A stretch of 32,000 nt of DNA from Phycisphaera mikurensis NBRC 102666. Lineage in GTDB: Bacteria > Planctomycetota > Phycisphaerae > Phycisphaerales > Phycisphaeraceae. Positions 23,687 through 32,000 of this stretch are shown piece after piece (position 1 is the first letter of the stretch; every line of letters starts with the position of its first letter). A program made the position numbers and the translations under genes. The notes beneath the pieces were generated by a model. The model searched no databases. It was not told the origin of the DNA and saw only the letters and a program-made list of their open reading frames with translations. The stretch lies in assembly GCF_000284115.1 (NCBI RefSeq), contig NC_017080.1, positions 2,820,001 through 2,852,000 of the forward strand, given 5' to 3'.

Positions 23687-25396
23687 CTACCGCCACCAAT
23701 CCAGGTCGATCTTCTCGAAGATCACGTCGTGCAGGTCCGCGTCCCGGATCGCGTGCCGCTCCACCTCGGTCAGCGTCTTGAGGTAGCCGCGGTCCCCGGC
23801 GGCCTTCTCTGCCAGGTCCGTCAGCGTCTCGAAGCGGGCGACGTGGAGGATGAAGCGCTTGATGCCGTAGTCCACGGCCTGCCCGCGGCGGATGACGAAC
23901 GGCCAGTCGCTGGCCTGCAGCAGCAGCAGCTCGCGGCCCGCCTTCTCCAGCAGCTCGCGCACTTCCGGATCTCCGGCGTGGTCGAGCTCGTGGATCAGGC
24001 GGAGGAACGTGCCCTCGCACCGGTACTCGATCTCCCACATCCAGTCGACCTGCTCGTTGGTCCAGACGCGGTGATCGCCCTCCTCGCCCCACGATCCCTC
24101 GGGCAGCGTCACGACCTTGTCGACGAAGTGGTCGTCGAGGAACGCGGCCGTCGTCGAGAGCTCCACCTCGGGATCGGCGGAGAGCGTGAGCATCACGTCG
24201 CGGATGAAGTCGACCCCCTCGGCCCACCAGTGGCCGAAGAGCTCGGCGTCGAAGGTGCAGGTGACCATGCCCGCCTTGCCGGTGAGCTCCCGGTGCTTCC
24301 GCAGGCGGTCCTTCACCGAGTTGATGAAGTGCTGGCTGTGCTCGAAGATCTTCGCGGGCACGTCGTCGGGCACGTAGAGGTGCTTGTCGCCCAGATCGCA
24401 CTTGGAGCCGGTGATCTTCCAGTATTTCAGCCCGCGGCGCGGCCCCCACTGCTTGTGGAACTCCAGGTAGGTGCCGTCGGCGGGGTAGCCGATGGTGCCC
24501 GACCAGACCTTCTCGCAGACCTCCTGGTCGCGCCCGATCGCCCAGAGCCGGGCGAGCCCGTTCCCGTCGGAGTTGACGCCATGGGCCTCGTTCACGCTGC
24601 GCCAGCCGCGGCTGGGGTAGCTGGTGGCCTCGTCCCAGCCGACGTTGCACCACATGCCGTCGTTGAAGACCTGCTCCGAGCGGGATTGCTCGATGAGGTG
24701 GCTCTCCACGAAGAAGTGGTGGATCCCTTCGTCGGCCGCGAGGTGCTCGAGGCCGCACCGCACGCGGGGCTTGCCCCAGGGGATCGGCGGCTCCCAGACG
24801 CCGTTGGGCCGGTAGGCACACTCGGGGAACCACATGCCCCCGGGCCGGTGGCCCAGCACCCGCTCGCTGGTGGCCAGGCCGGCGCGGATCTGCCCGCGGA
24901 TCGCGTCGTCGGTGTTGAGCAGCGGCATGTAAGCGTGGGTCGCGTTGGAGGTCAGAACCTCCAGCCGGCCCTCCCGGGCGTGCTTGGCGTACGCGGCGGG
25001 GATGTCGCGCCCGAGTTGCTCGAACTGCGTCGAGAGCCCGCGGTAGAAATCCTTCCAGCGCTCCGCGAGGTACTTGAGGTGCCCGTTGCCGAGCTTCTCG
25101 AACTCCGCGACGTCGTCGGCCGCTTTCTGTGCCCGGTCCTTGAGGTACGCCTCGAAGCCGGTCTTGAAGACTTCGTGGTCGAGCTGTTCGAGGAGCACCG
25201 GCGTCAGGCCCATCGTCATCCGCGGCTGCGCGTTCATGAACACGCAGTGGTCGAGCATGCCCAGAAGGGGCAGGTACGTCTCCGCCGCCGCTTCGTAGAG
25301 CCAGTCCTCCCCATGGGGCCAGGTGCCGTGCCGAAGCACGTACGGCAGGTGCCCGTGGAGCACAAGACAGAAACTCCCGAGCGTTTCGTTGGACAT
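23687..25396 (-). CDS. glycoside hydrolase family 57 enzyme, probable 1,4-alpha-glucan branching enzyme
   Basis: The 569-aa ORF has the GH57 N-terminal signature GSFCLVLHGHLPYVLRHGTWPHGEDWLYEAAAETYLPLL, and then GMWFPECAY and TFDAELFGHWWAEG. The helical C-terminal region is as in Thermus-type GH57 branching enzymes. Confidence 0.85.
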   Translation of the reverse strand: MSNETLGSFCLVLHGHLPYVLRHGTWPHGEDWLYEAAAETYLPLLGMLDHCVFMNAQPRMTMGLTPVLLEQLDHEVFKTGFEAYLKDRAQKAADDVAEFEKLGNGHLKYLAERWKDFYRGLSTQFEQLGRDIPAAYAKHAREGRLEVLTSNATHAYMPLLNTDDAIRGQIRAGLATSERVLGHRPGGMWFPECAYRPNGVWEPPIPWGKPRVRCGLEHLAADEGIHHFFVESHLIEQSRSEQVFNDGMWCNVGWDEATSYPSRGWRSVNEAHGVNSDGNGLARLWAIGRDQEVCEKVWSGTIGYPADGTYLEFHKQWGPRRGLKYWKITGSKCDLGDKHLYVPDDVPAKIFEHSQHFINSVKDRLRKHRELTGKAGMVTCTFDAELFGHWWAEGVDFIRDVMLTLSADPEVELSTTAAFLDDHFVDKVVTLPEGSWGEEGDHRVWTNEQVDWMWEIEYRCEGTFLRLIHELDHAGDPEVRELLEKAGRELLLLQASDWPFVIRRGQAVDYGIKRFILHVARFETLTDLAEKAAGDRGYLKTLTEVERHAIRDADLHDVIFEKIDLDWWR

Positions 25397-25586
25397 GCGG
25401 AAAGCCTACCCGGCTGCTCCCGCGGGGGCCCGAAGTCCGCCGTGGGCGGGCGCTTCCGCGGACCGCCACGTCTTTCTGCCCGGGCGGCCGACGGTCCGCG
25501 GCGCAGGACAACGCCCGCCCGCGGGGAGCGGCCGGGCGTCGGATCGGTGCGGGTGGGCGGGTCCCGCCCGGGGCCGGCGTGTCCGC

Positions 25587-27284
25587 TTAGAAGGCGGTCG
25601 TCGGCTCGGTCTCCTCGGCGTCGGCGAGGTTGTCCGACTTCACGTTCAGCGTGAACTTCACGCGGCCGGGCTGCTCGGCCCGAGCGACGACCTCGAAGTA
25701 GATCTCTTCACCGGCGTCGAGCGACTCGTAGACCGGCAGCGAGAGCTCGCCGTTCTCGTTGGTGACGTCCTCGGAGCCGGAGACGAAGGCGAAGCCCTCG
25801 GGCAGCTGGCCGGTGATCGTCAGGTTCGTGTCGGCGGCGTTGCCCTCGTTGATGATGCGGACGCGGTAGGTGGTCTCGGCGCCGACCTCCACGGGGTCCT
25901 GCGTGTCGATGGTCTCCAGCTGCAGGGCCGGGATGCCGACCACGGACAGCTGCACGGGCTTCTCGAGCCGCACGGCGCAGTAGCCGTTGGCCACGGCGAC
26001 GCCGCTGTAGTCGCCGGGCGACGCGGGGCGGAAGGTCACGCCGACGGTGCGGCTCTCGCCGGGGGCGAGCTCGTCGATCAGGATGCCGCCGTCGGCGACG
26101 GTCAGGCTCGCGTCGTTGAGCGAGACGCGCTGGGCGTCGGCGGGCAGCGGGAGCGTCACCACGACGTCCCGGGCGGGCACGTCGGAAACGTTCTCGACGA
26201 CGGCCTCGATGGAGACGTCGCGGCCGAAGAACTGCTCGCCGGGCGAGCGGACCTGCAGCGTCAGCTCGGGCTTCATGAGCGTGAGCGGGCTGGAGCCGGA
26301 GAGGTCGCTGACGCGGTCACCGGTGCCGATGGCCCGGCCGAACACGTCCATCATGCCGGAACGCTGGATCTTCGCCTGCTCGAGGTCCAGCTGCACCGGC
26401 TCGCTCTCGAAGGTCTCGCCGGCGCCGATCGGGTCGACGTCCAGCGAGATGCTCCGCTGCCCGTCGGCCGCGACGAGGCCCTGCGGGAGCTCCTCGTTGA
26501 CGGTGATCCGGCCCGTCTCGCCGGTACCGACGTTCTGGAGGCGGTACATCACGAACACGTCGTCGCAGAGGTAGGCCTGCGAGACGGGGTTGCCCTCGGC
26601 GTCGACGAAGAGATGCTCCATCGTGACCTGCGGGGCCACCACCTGGATCGGGGCGCACTCGGCGGCGGAGTAGTCGGCCCACACGCAGCTGTGCAGCTGG
26701 CCCTCGCCGCCGGGGCGGCCCGCGATCGTGACCTCCCGGCTGTCGCCGGGCATCAGCACGCCGATGTTGAAGGACTGCTCGGCCATCTGCTGGTCGCCAC
26801 GCTCGCCCTTCTGCACGCCTTGCGGCACCTTCACCTCGGAGGGGGTGTTGGTCTGCACGACCTGGAAGTCGCCGATCATCGCGTGGTGCAGCACCACGTT
26901 GTGGAGGATCTTGTCGCTGTTGTTGCTCGCCTTGAGCGTGAAGCGGTTCTCGCTGTTGGCGAAGACCTGCTCGGGCATCATCCGCTCGATGGTGAGCAGC
27001 TCGCCGGCGCCGACCTCGGCGGTGGTGCCGGTGGACACGGTCCGCTCGGTGTCGGAAGCAGGCTGGGCCTGGGCGTGCGCGGCGTGGTCGTGCACGCCGT
27101 AAGCGGCGGGGGCGACGGCGGCGACCTCGGCGGTGGCCGGGGCGACGACCGGGGTCACCGGCACGGCGGTGACGGCGGCCTCGGTGGCGGGCCGGTTGTC
27201 GCAGGCGCCCACGAAGGCGGCGGAGACCGCGAGGGCGGTGAGGCCGGCGGCGTGGGAGGAGATGCGGAAGGGGCTGTTCATCAT
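25587..27284 (-). CDS. DUF11-repeat (conserved repeat domain) surface lipoprotein
   Basis: The 565-aa ORF has the signal and lipobox MMNSPFRISSHAAGLTALAVSAAFVGAC. It carries several DUF11-type units (FTLKASNNSDKILHNVVL..., VMYRLQNVGTGETGRITVNEELPQGLV, ETTYRVRIINEGNAADTNLTITGQLPEGFAFVSGS). Confidence 0.75.
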   Translation of the reverse strand: MMNSPFRISSHAAGLTALAVSAAFVGACDNRPATEAAVTAVPVTPVVAPATAEVAAVAPAAYGVHDHAAHAQAQPASDTERTVSTGTTAEVGAGELLTIERMMPEQVFANSENRFTLKASNNSDKILHNVVLHHAMIGDFQVVQTNTPSEVKVPQGVQKGERGDQQMAEQSFNIGVLMPGDSREVTIAGRPGGEGQLHSCVWADYSAAECAPIQVVAPQVTMEHLFVDAEGNPVSQAYLCDDVFVMYRLQNVGTGETGRITVNEELPQGLVAADGQRSISLDVDPIGAGETFESEPVQLDLEQAKIQRSGMMDVFGRAIGTGDRVSDLSGSSPLTLMKPELTLQVRSPGEQFFGRDVSIEAVVENVSDVPARDVVVTLPLPADAQRVSLNDASLTVADGGILIDELAPGESRTVGVTFRPASPGDYSGVAVANGYCAVRLEKPVQLSVVGIPALQLETIDTQDPVEVGAETTYRVRIINEGNAADTNLTITGQLPEGFAFVSGSEDVTNENGELSLPVYESLDAGEEIYFEVVARAEQPGRVKFTLNVKSDNLADAEETEPTTAF

Positions 27285-27397
27285 GGGTCGGGTCTCGTCT
27301 TTCCTGGGCAGTGGCCGCGGGAGCGCGGCGGGCGCGTGGTGCTTTCGCCGCTCGGCCTAGGCCGAAGGGACTACGCGCGGAAGCTAGCGCCAGCCCG

Positions 27398-27428
27398 GCC
27401 GCGGATCCACCGCGGGCGCGGCTTTTTT
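27398..27428 (+). promoter_or_regulatory. GC hairpin plus T6 tract just upstream of murC (possible leader attenuator or terminator of a short transcript)
   Basis: gccgcg (27398-27403) can pair with cgcggc (27417-27422), and is followed directly by tttttt (27423-28). An alternative inner stem is ccgcgg/ccgcgg (27399-27404 / 27410-27415). A T6 run is conspicuous in this GC-rich genome. No plus-strand gene lies upstream of it. Confidence 0.3.
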
Positions 27429-27467
27429 CGAGCATCCATGCGGCGGCGTCGGCGTCACACTGCGTCG

Positions 27468-28967
27468 ATGCCCGACGCTCCCGCCCCCGCTCAAGCCCAA
27501 GGCCAAGCCCCCGCCGCGACCGACCGACCGCACTTCGTGGGCATCGCCGGCAGCGGCATGTCCGGTCTCGCCCGGCTTGCGCGTGCCCGTGGCGCGGCGG
27601 TCACGGGAAGCGAGCGGGACGACGGGCCGGCCGCCGCGGCGCTGCGGGCGGAAGGCTTCCCGGTCTGCCTCGGGCAGCGGGCCGACACGCTACCGGCCGA
27701 CGCCACGCGGGTGACCGCCTCGGCGGCCGTGCCCGCGGACCACCCCGAGCTGGTGGAGGCCCGGCGGCGGGGGTTGCCGATCTTGAAGTACGCGGAGGCG
27801 CTCGGCGAGCTCATGGGGCTGCCGGGCACCGAGGGCGTGGCCGTCTCGGGCACCCACGGCAAGAGCAGCACCACCGCGATGCTCGCCCACGTGCTGCTCG
27901 CCTGCGGGCGCGACCCCTCCTTCATCCTGGGCGCGCGGTGCGAGCAGATCGGCGGCGGCAGCCGCTGCGCAGCGGCGGCGGCCGGCGGCGCGGGCCTGGG
28001 CGTGCTGGTGGCCGAGGCGTGCGAGTTCGACCGCAGCTTCCACCACCTCGCCCCGCGGCACGCGATCGTGCTCAACGTCGAGGCGGACCACCTGGACTGC
28101 TACGGCTCGCTCGACGAGATCGTGAAGAGCTTCGGCGTGTTCGTCGGGCGGCTGCCGGCGGGCGGGTCGCTGCTGATCCAGCACGAAGCGGCGGCGCGGA
28201 TCGCGGTGTCGGCCGCGGCCGGGCCCGGGGTCGGGGTCGAGACCCTGGGCTTCTCCCCCGACGCGGACTGGCGGGTGGGCGTGGACCCCGCGGGGCCGGA
28301 CGCCGCCGCCGGGGGACCCTCCGGCGACGCGGGCGTCACGCTCAGCCGGCGCGGCGAAGAAGTCGCCGCGTGGACGCTCGCCCTGCCCGGGCAGCACATG
28401 GCGTACAACGCCGCGGCCGCCGCGGTGACCGCACACCGGCTGGGCGTCCCGCTGGGGGAGGCCGCGGCGGCGCTGTCGGGCTTCCGCGGGCTCGACCGGC
28501 GGATGCAGCGGCGCGGACGCTTCGCCGTGCCCGGCGCCGCCGGGGGTGCCGCCGCCGTGATCGACGACTACGCCCACCACCCCACCGAGATCGACGCGAC
28601 GCTGCGGGCGCTGCGGGGGCACCACCGCCCCGCCCGCCTCTTCTGCGTCTTCCAGCCGCACCAGCACTCCCGCACGCGGCACCTGCTCGCCGAGTTCGCG
28701 ACCGCCTTCGAGCCCGCGGACCGCGTGCTCGTGCCGGACATCTACTTCGTCCGCGACTCCGAAGCCGAGCGGGAGGCGGTGACCTCCGGCGACCTGGTGA
28801 GGCTGCTGCGGGCGGGCGGCGTGGACGCCGAGCACGTCGCGGGCTTCGACGAGGCCGCGGCGACGCTGCGGGCCGAGCTGCGCGACGGGGACCTCGTGGT
28901 GACGATGGGGGCCGGCGACGTCTGGAAGGTGGCCGAGGCGCTGACGCGCCCGCCCGCGGCGGCCTGA
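27468..28967 (+). CDS. murC: UDP-N-acetylmuramate--L-alanine ligase
   Basis: This is the C-terminal 499 aa of ORF 25323..28967. It reads HFVGIAGSGMSGLARLA (the MurC N-terminal Rossmann motif), VAVSGTHGKSSTTAMLA (the Mur ligase P-loop), DDYAHHPTEI, and FQPHQHSRTR...PDIY. The start is ATG 27468; the in-frame ATG 27438 is an alternative. Confidence 0.85.
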   Translation: MPDAPAPAQAQGQAPAATDRPHFVGIAGSGMSGLARLARARGAAVTGSERDDGPAAAALRAEGFPVCLGQRADTLPADATRVTASAAVPADHPELVEARRRGLPILKYAEALGELMGLPGTEGVAVSGTHGKSSTTAMLAHVLLACGRDPSFILGARCEQIGGGSRCAAAAAGGAGLGVLVAEACEFDRSFHHLAPRHAIVLNVEADHLDCYGSLDEIVKSFGVFVGRLPAGGSLLIQHEAAARIAVSAAAGPGVGVETLGFSPDADWRVGVDPAGPDAAAGGPSGDAGVTLSRRGEEVAAWTLALPGQHMAYNAAAAAVTAHRLGVPLGEAAAALSGFRGLDRRMQRRGRFAVPGAAGGAAAVIDDYAHHPTEIDATLRALRGHHRPARLFCVFQPHQHSRTRHLLAEFATAFEPADRVLVPDIYFVRDSEAEREAVTSGDLVRLLRAGGVDAEHVAGFDEAAATLRAELRDGDLVVTMGAGDVWKVAEALTRPPAAA

Positions 28968-28997
28968 CGCGCAGCCTCCGGAGGCGGGAGCGCTACG

Positions 28998-29032
28998 CAA
29001 AAGGCCGTCGCCCTTTCTCAAGAGCGACGGCC
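28998..29032 (-). terminator. intrinsic terminator, minus-strand specific
   Basis: The 9-bp stem is ggccgtcgc (29003-29011) with gcgacggcc (29024-29032), and the loop is 12 nt. On the minus strand the hairpin is followed by TTTTG (complement of 28998-29002). There is no T-run after it on the plus strand. Confidence 0.65.
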
Positions 29033-29330
29033 CACAAGGGTCGAAGGGCACGAACTGCGCGTGACGGCAGTTCCGTCGAGCTGCCTAGCGCAGCGTGCCC
29101 CGGTGGTTGTGCATCTCGATGAGGGGCCAACAACCACAACAATCGGAATCGGACAAGGATCACGCTCCTTTCTGAGGGACTGGTTCCAGCCGTCGCCGGC
29201 CCGGGTTGTCCCCTTCGACCCCCCGAGCACGACGGTCGTCGCGGCGGGCAGGTGGGGAGCGGCCGGGCGGGCCGCCGGAGGATTTCCGCCCCCCGACGTC
29301 CGGGAGGCACAGCGGCCGCATCCGCGGCAC
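28998..29330 (-). ncRNA. candidate ~330-nt structured non-coding RNA (or carrier of a tiny ORF); family unknown
   Basis: The unit is bounded by a near-consensus promoter (29337-29365) and the terminator above. The two ORF-track ORFs here (28993..29310 and 29018..29365) are Arg/Pro/Gly-rich with no protein-like features. Several strong local stems are visible: GGATTT/AAATCC 29280-29336, GTGGTTGT/ACAACCAC 29103-29138, and GGGCACG/CGTGCCC 29045-29100 with nested CTGCGC/GCGCAG. Confidence 0.35.
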
Positions 29331-29336
29331 AAATCC

Positions 29337-29365
29337 ATTGAAGGACGGCGGGCGGCCGGTGTCAA
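29337..29365 (-). promoter_or_regulatory. sigma70-like promoter TTGACA-17-TTCAAT
   Basis: On the minus strand, TTGACA is the complement of 29360-29365. The spacer is exactly 17 nt (29343-29359). TTCAAT is the complement of 29337-29342. A perfect -35 hexamer is rare in this GC-rich sequence. Confidence 0.45.
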
Positions 29366-29416
29366 GGCCTCGCCCGAACTTTTCGCTTACCTGGAGGACC
29401 GCTCCCCCGCGGCGGC

Positions 29417-29623
29417 TCAGGCGGCCTGCGGCATCGGCTGGCCGACGCCCTCGTCCTCGGCGGCGGCGGCGGGCTCGGGGACGATCGTCTCGAGCCGCTG
29501 GAGGTACCGGCCGAGCGCGTCGGGTGTGAAGGCTTCCAGGAAGGCGGGCGTGGCGCCGGGGTTGAGCCGGCCGATGGCGGCGATGAGTTCGGCCTTGCGA
29601 TCGGCGATGCCGGGGAGGTTCAT
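29417..29623 (-). CDS. hypothetical small protein (68 aa)
   Basis: This is the internal ATG (complement 29621-29623) of ORF 29417..29761, preceded by AAGGA. It reads MNLPGIADRKAELIAAIGRLNPGATPAFLEAFTPDALGRYLQRLETIVPEPAAAAEDEGVGQPMPQAA. Third positions are strongly G/C. No family was recognised. Confidence 0.45.
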   Translation of the reverse strand: MNLPGIADRKAELIAAIGRLNPGATPAFLEAFTPDALGRYLQRLETIVPEPAAAAEDEGVGQPMPQAA

Positions 29624-29786
29624 CGGTTCGTCCTTCTGCGGGAAGCGTGGGGGGAGGCCGCCCGGCCGGGCGGCGGCCGGCTGCTTTCGGGAAGAGCGGT
29701 CGGTCGGACGCTCGGCGTGTAACCGGTGCGGACCCGCGGCCGCCCGCCCGCCGCGAGCCACCCCGCCCCGGCTTTATCCTTGGCCC

Positions 29787-30956
29787 ATGCCGATCACCAT
29801 CCTCTCGCCGCACTCCGGCAAGCCCGTGAAGATCCGCGACCAGGACCTCGGCCGGACCGTGCGGGACGAGGAGAAGCGGGTCTTCTTCGTGCTCGAGCGG
29901 CCCGGGGGCGGCGGGTATTACGCCGCCCTCACGCGCAACGGCAGCGAGAAAGACCTGGCGCGCTACGACGCCCTGGAGGCGAGGACGTCCGCCGGGGCGA
30001 CGCACGTGCAAGCGGTTGCCGCCGCCACGCCGCACGACGCCACCGGCCCGGGCCGCCCCGGCGGCAAGCTGCGTTGGATCGGGCTGGTGCTCGCGCTCGC
30101 GGTCCTGCTCGCCGCGGCGTACCTCGGTTATCGGGTTCTCTTCGACCGCGGGCTGCTCCCGGCCGCGGCGCCGGCGCCGCCGGCGGTGCCGCGGCTGCCC
30201 GCGGTGCCGGCGCTGCCCGGCGACGTGCTGCCGAGCCCGATGCCGCCGGCACCCGCCGGGGCGTGGATCGTGCCCGCGGCCTCGGTGCCGGCGCCGGCCG
30301 CGGCGTCGCCGCGACGCACCGCGCAGGCCCGCGACTACGCCGTGGTGCGTTACGAGCTGGCCGCCCCCGGCGGCGCGGTCATCGACGCCACGCACCCGAT
30401 GAAGCCGCTGGGCTTCGTGCTCTTCTCCGGCACCGCCTTCCGCGGGCTCGACAACACGGTGGCCGGCATGGCGGTGGGCGAGCGGAGAGCGGTCGAGCTG
30501 CCGGCGGCGGAGGTGGACGCGCAGCTGCCCGCCGGCGGCGCCGCGTACCGGCTGACGGTCGAGCTGCTGGGGCTGCTCCCGGGCGTCACCAAGGAGCTCG
30601 TGCGTCCGGGCGAGACCGGCGGGCGGGCCGCCGCCCCGGGTGACCGCCTGCGGCTGGCGTGGAGCGTGCGTCTCGACGGCCGCGCCGAGGCCATCGTCTC
30701 CACCGCCGACACCGGCGGCCCGGTGGCGGTGACGCTGGGGGCGGGCGACCTCATCGAGGGCCTCGAGCAGAACCTCGCCGGCATGCGCGTGGGCGAGGTG
30801 GCCAACTTCCGGGTGCCGCCCCACCTCGCCTACGGCGCGGCGGGCGCCGCCGGCGGCCTGGTGCCGCCGGACGCGGACGTGCTCGTCCGGGTGGAGCTGC
30901 TGGGCCTCGACGACGCCGCCGTGGCCGGCACCGGCGGGGAGGAGCCCGGGCGGTGA
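29787..30956 (+). CDS. membrane-anchored protein with two FKBP-type peptidyl-prolyl isomerase domains
   Basis: This is the internal ATG 29787 of ORF 29061..30956 (389 aa). It has a central TM segment WIGLVLALAVLLAAAYLGYRVLF. The C-terminal FKBP_C pattern is VAVTLGAGDLIEGLEQNLAGMRVGEVANFRVPPHLAYGAAGAAGGLVPPDADVLVRVELLGL. A more degenerate copy precedes it (FVLFSGTAFRGLDNTVAGMAVGERRAVELP...YRLTVELLGL). Confidence 0.7.
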   Translation: MPITILSPHSGKPVKIRDQDLGRTVRDEEKRVFFVLERPGGGGYYAALTRNGSEKDLARYDALEARTSAGATHVQAVAAATPHDATGPGRPGGKLRWIGLVLALAVLLAAAYLGYRVLFDRGLLPAAAPAPPAVPRLPAVPALPGDVLPSPMPPAPAGAWIVPAASVPAPAAASPRRTAQARDYAVVRYELAAPGGAVIDATHPMKPLGFVLFSGTAFRGLDNTVAGMAVGERRAVELPAAEVDAQLPAGGAAYRLTVELLGLLPGVTKELVRPGETGGRAAAPGDRLRLAWSVRLDGRAEAIVSTADTGGPVAVTLGAGDLIEGLEQNLAGMRVGEVANFRVPPHLAYGAAGAAGGLVPPDADVLVRVELLGLDDAAVAGTGGEEPGR

Positions 30957-32000
30957 AGGCGCTCCGCCGCCGATCGCGTGCCACGCTCGCGGTGCTCGCT
31001 GTGTCCGCCGCGGCGGGCCTGGTTCTCGCCGCGACCCTCGGGTCCGCGAGCTCCGCCCCGAGCACCGACGCCTTCCGCTACAGCGTGCAGGTCGACTGCA
31101 TCACCCTCGACCCGCAGAACACCAGCTCGCTGGTCGACTTCCGCGTCATCGAGACGATCTACGAGGGCCTGCTCGCGGTCGAGCCGGGGTCCGGTGCGCT
31201 CCGCCCCGCCGCCGCGTCGCTGCCCGAGGTCTCCGCCGACGGCCGGACGCTCACCTTCCGCCTCGACCCCGCCGCCCGCTGGTGCAACGGCGACCCGGTC
31301 ACCTCCGGCGACTTCGCCTTCGCGTGGACGCGCTCGCTCGCCACCGATTTCGCCGCGGTCTACGGCGGGCTCTTCGACGCGATCGACGGGGCGGAAGCGG
31401 CCTCGTCCCTCCGCGACGCGCAGCTGGAGGCGTACCGGCCCGGCACCGACGATCCCGAAGCGCTCTGGCACGCGTGGCTGGAGGCGGCCCGCGGGACCGT
31501 CGGCCTCGACGCGAGCGATCCCGCCGTGCTCGTCGTCCGCCTCGCCCGGCCGGTTGCCTACTTCCCGCAGCTGACCGCCTTCGGCGTCTTCGCCCCGAAC
31601 CACCGGCCGACGGTGGAGGCCGCGCTCTCCTTCGACGGCCGCACCGGCCGGGTCTTCCTCGACGCCGACGCGTTCAACGATCCCGACCGCGCCGTCACCA
31701 ACGGCCCGTACCGGCTCGCCGCCTGGGAGCACCGCCGGCGGATCGTGCTCGAGGCCAACCCGCACCACGCCGCGTCGCCCGCGACGCCGCGCGTCGTGCA
31801 GGACGTGGTGGAGGACAACGACCCGCTGCGGCTGGCCCGCGGCTTCGACGGCGACGCCGACTGGGTGCCCGATCTCGGCGGAGACCTCGCCGTGCGGCTG
31901 ATCGAGGCCGGCACGCCCGGCGTGATCACGATCCCGCGGGCGGGGCTCGAGTACGTCAGCCTCAACTGCCGCGACACCGTCGGTGGCCGAGCCAACCCGC
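30953..32000 (+). CDS. ABC transporter substrate-binding protein, family 5 (Opp/Dpp-like), partial (runs off the right edge)
   Basis: The GTG at 30953 overlaps the FKBP stop (GTGA). It translates VKALRRRSRATLAVLAVSAAAGLVLAATLG (signal), then FRYSVQVDCITLDPQNTSSLVDFRVIETIYEGLLAVEPGSGALRPAAASLPEVSADGRTLTFRLDPAARWCNGDPVTSGDFAFAW, which is the classic SBP_bac_5 N-terminal pattern. It is not in the ORF track because no stop lies inside the window. Confidence 0.8.
   Translation, partial: MKALRRRSRATLAVLAVSAAAGLVLAATLGSASSAPSTDAFRYSVQVDCITLDPQNTSSLVDFRVIETIYEGLLAVEPGSGALRPAAASLPEVSADGRTLTFRLDPAARWCNGDPVTSGDFAFAWTRSLATDFAAVYGGLFDAIDGAEAASSLRDAQLEAYRPGTDDPEALWHAWLEAARGTVGLDASDPAVLVVRLARPVAYFPQLTAFGVFAPNHRPTVEAALSFDGRTGRVFLDADAFNDPDRAVTNGPYRLAAWEHRRRIVLEANPHHAASPATPRVVQDVVEDNDPLRLARGFDGDADWVPDLGGDLAVRLIEAGTPGVITIPRAGLEYVSLNCRDTVGGRANP

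Noticed and set aside
25323-27467. Upstream 715 codons of the 1214-aa ORF that ends as MurC, and the similar upstream part (29061-29786) of the 631-aa ORF that ends as the FKBP protein.
   Set aside because: The first is antisense to the GH57 start and the DUF11 lipoprotein gene. The second crosses the orphan RNA unit and the small divergent gene. Family similarity starts only at the internal starts chosen.

Overview
This 32-kb window comes from a very GC-rich bacterial chromosome. Spot counts of 60-nt lines give about 67-75% GC. The gene content (PEP-CTERM protein, DUF11 lipoprotein, GH57 branching enzyme, GspE ATPase, long Y1/HUH RAYT-like gene) suggests an environmental Gram-negative, possibly planctomycete-like organism; that taxon guess is inference only. 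Most of the window is ordinary housekeeping: infA-rpmJ-rpsM, an initiator tRNA-Met, a HAL2-type bisphosphate nucleotidase, lepA, hisA, rdgB, murC, a GH57 enzyme, an APC transporter, an FKBP isomerase and an SBP. All coding calls come from reading the supplied ORF translations against remembered family motifs; no searches were run. The clear outlier is a roughly 4.1-kb low-GC insert (about 4387-8610, spot counts about 47-57% GC) directly after lepA. It holds two overlapping co-directional genes. The first encodes a 1057-aa protein that reads as a STAND-like NTPase whose Walker-A lysine is missing, followed by TPR-like helices. The second encodes a 254-aa stand-alone TOPRIM (OLD/DUF4435-like) nuclease. 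I read this pair as a candidate undescribed sensor-plus-nuclease defence module. The last ~40 codons of lepA switch codon style, which suggests the insert replaced the lepA 3' end. Other structure worth a look: (1) ~55-bp direct repeats flanking the RAYT-like gene at the island's right edge, with a third partial copy; (2) two intergenic arrays of an 8-bp pyrimidine repeat sharing a 31-nt identical block, one with an inverted partial copy and a G4-type G-tract series; (3) fragments of the tRNA-fMet 3' half scattered next to the intact tRNA; (4) an orphan ~330-nt unit on the minus strand with a near-consensus promoter and an intrinsic terminator but no credible protein. The many long ORFs antisense to recognised genes are high-GC shadow ORFs and were rejected.
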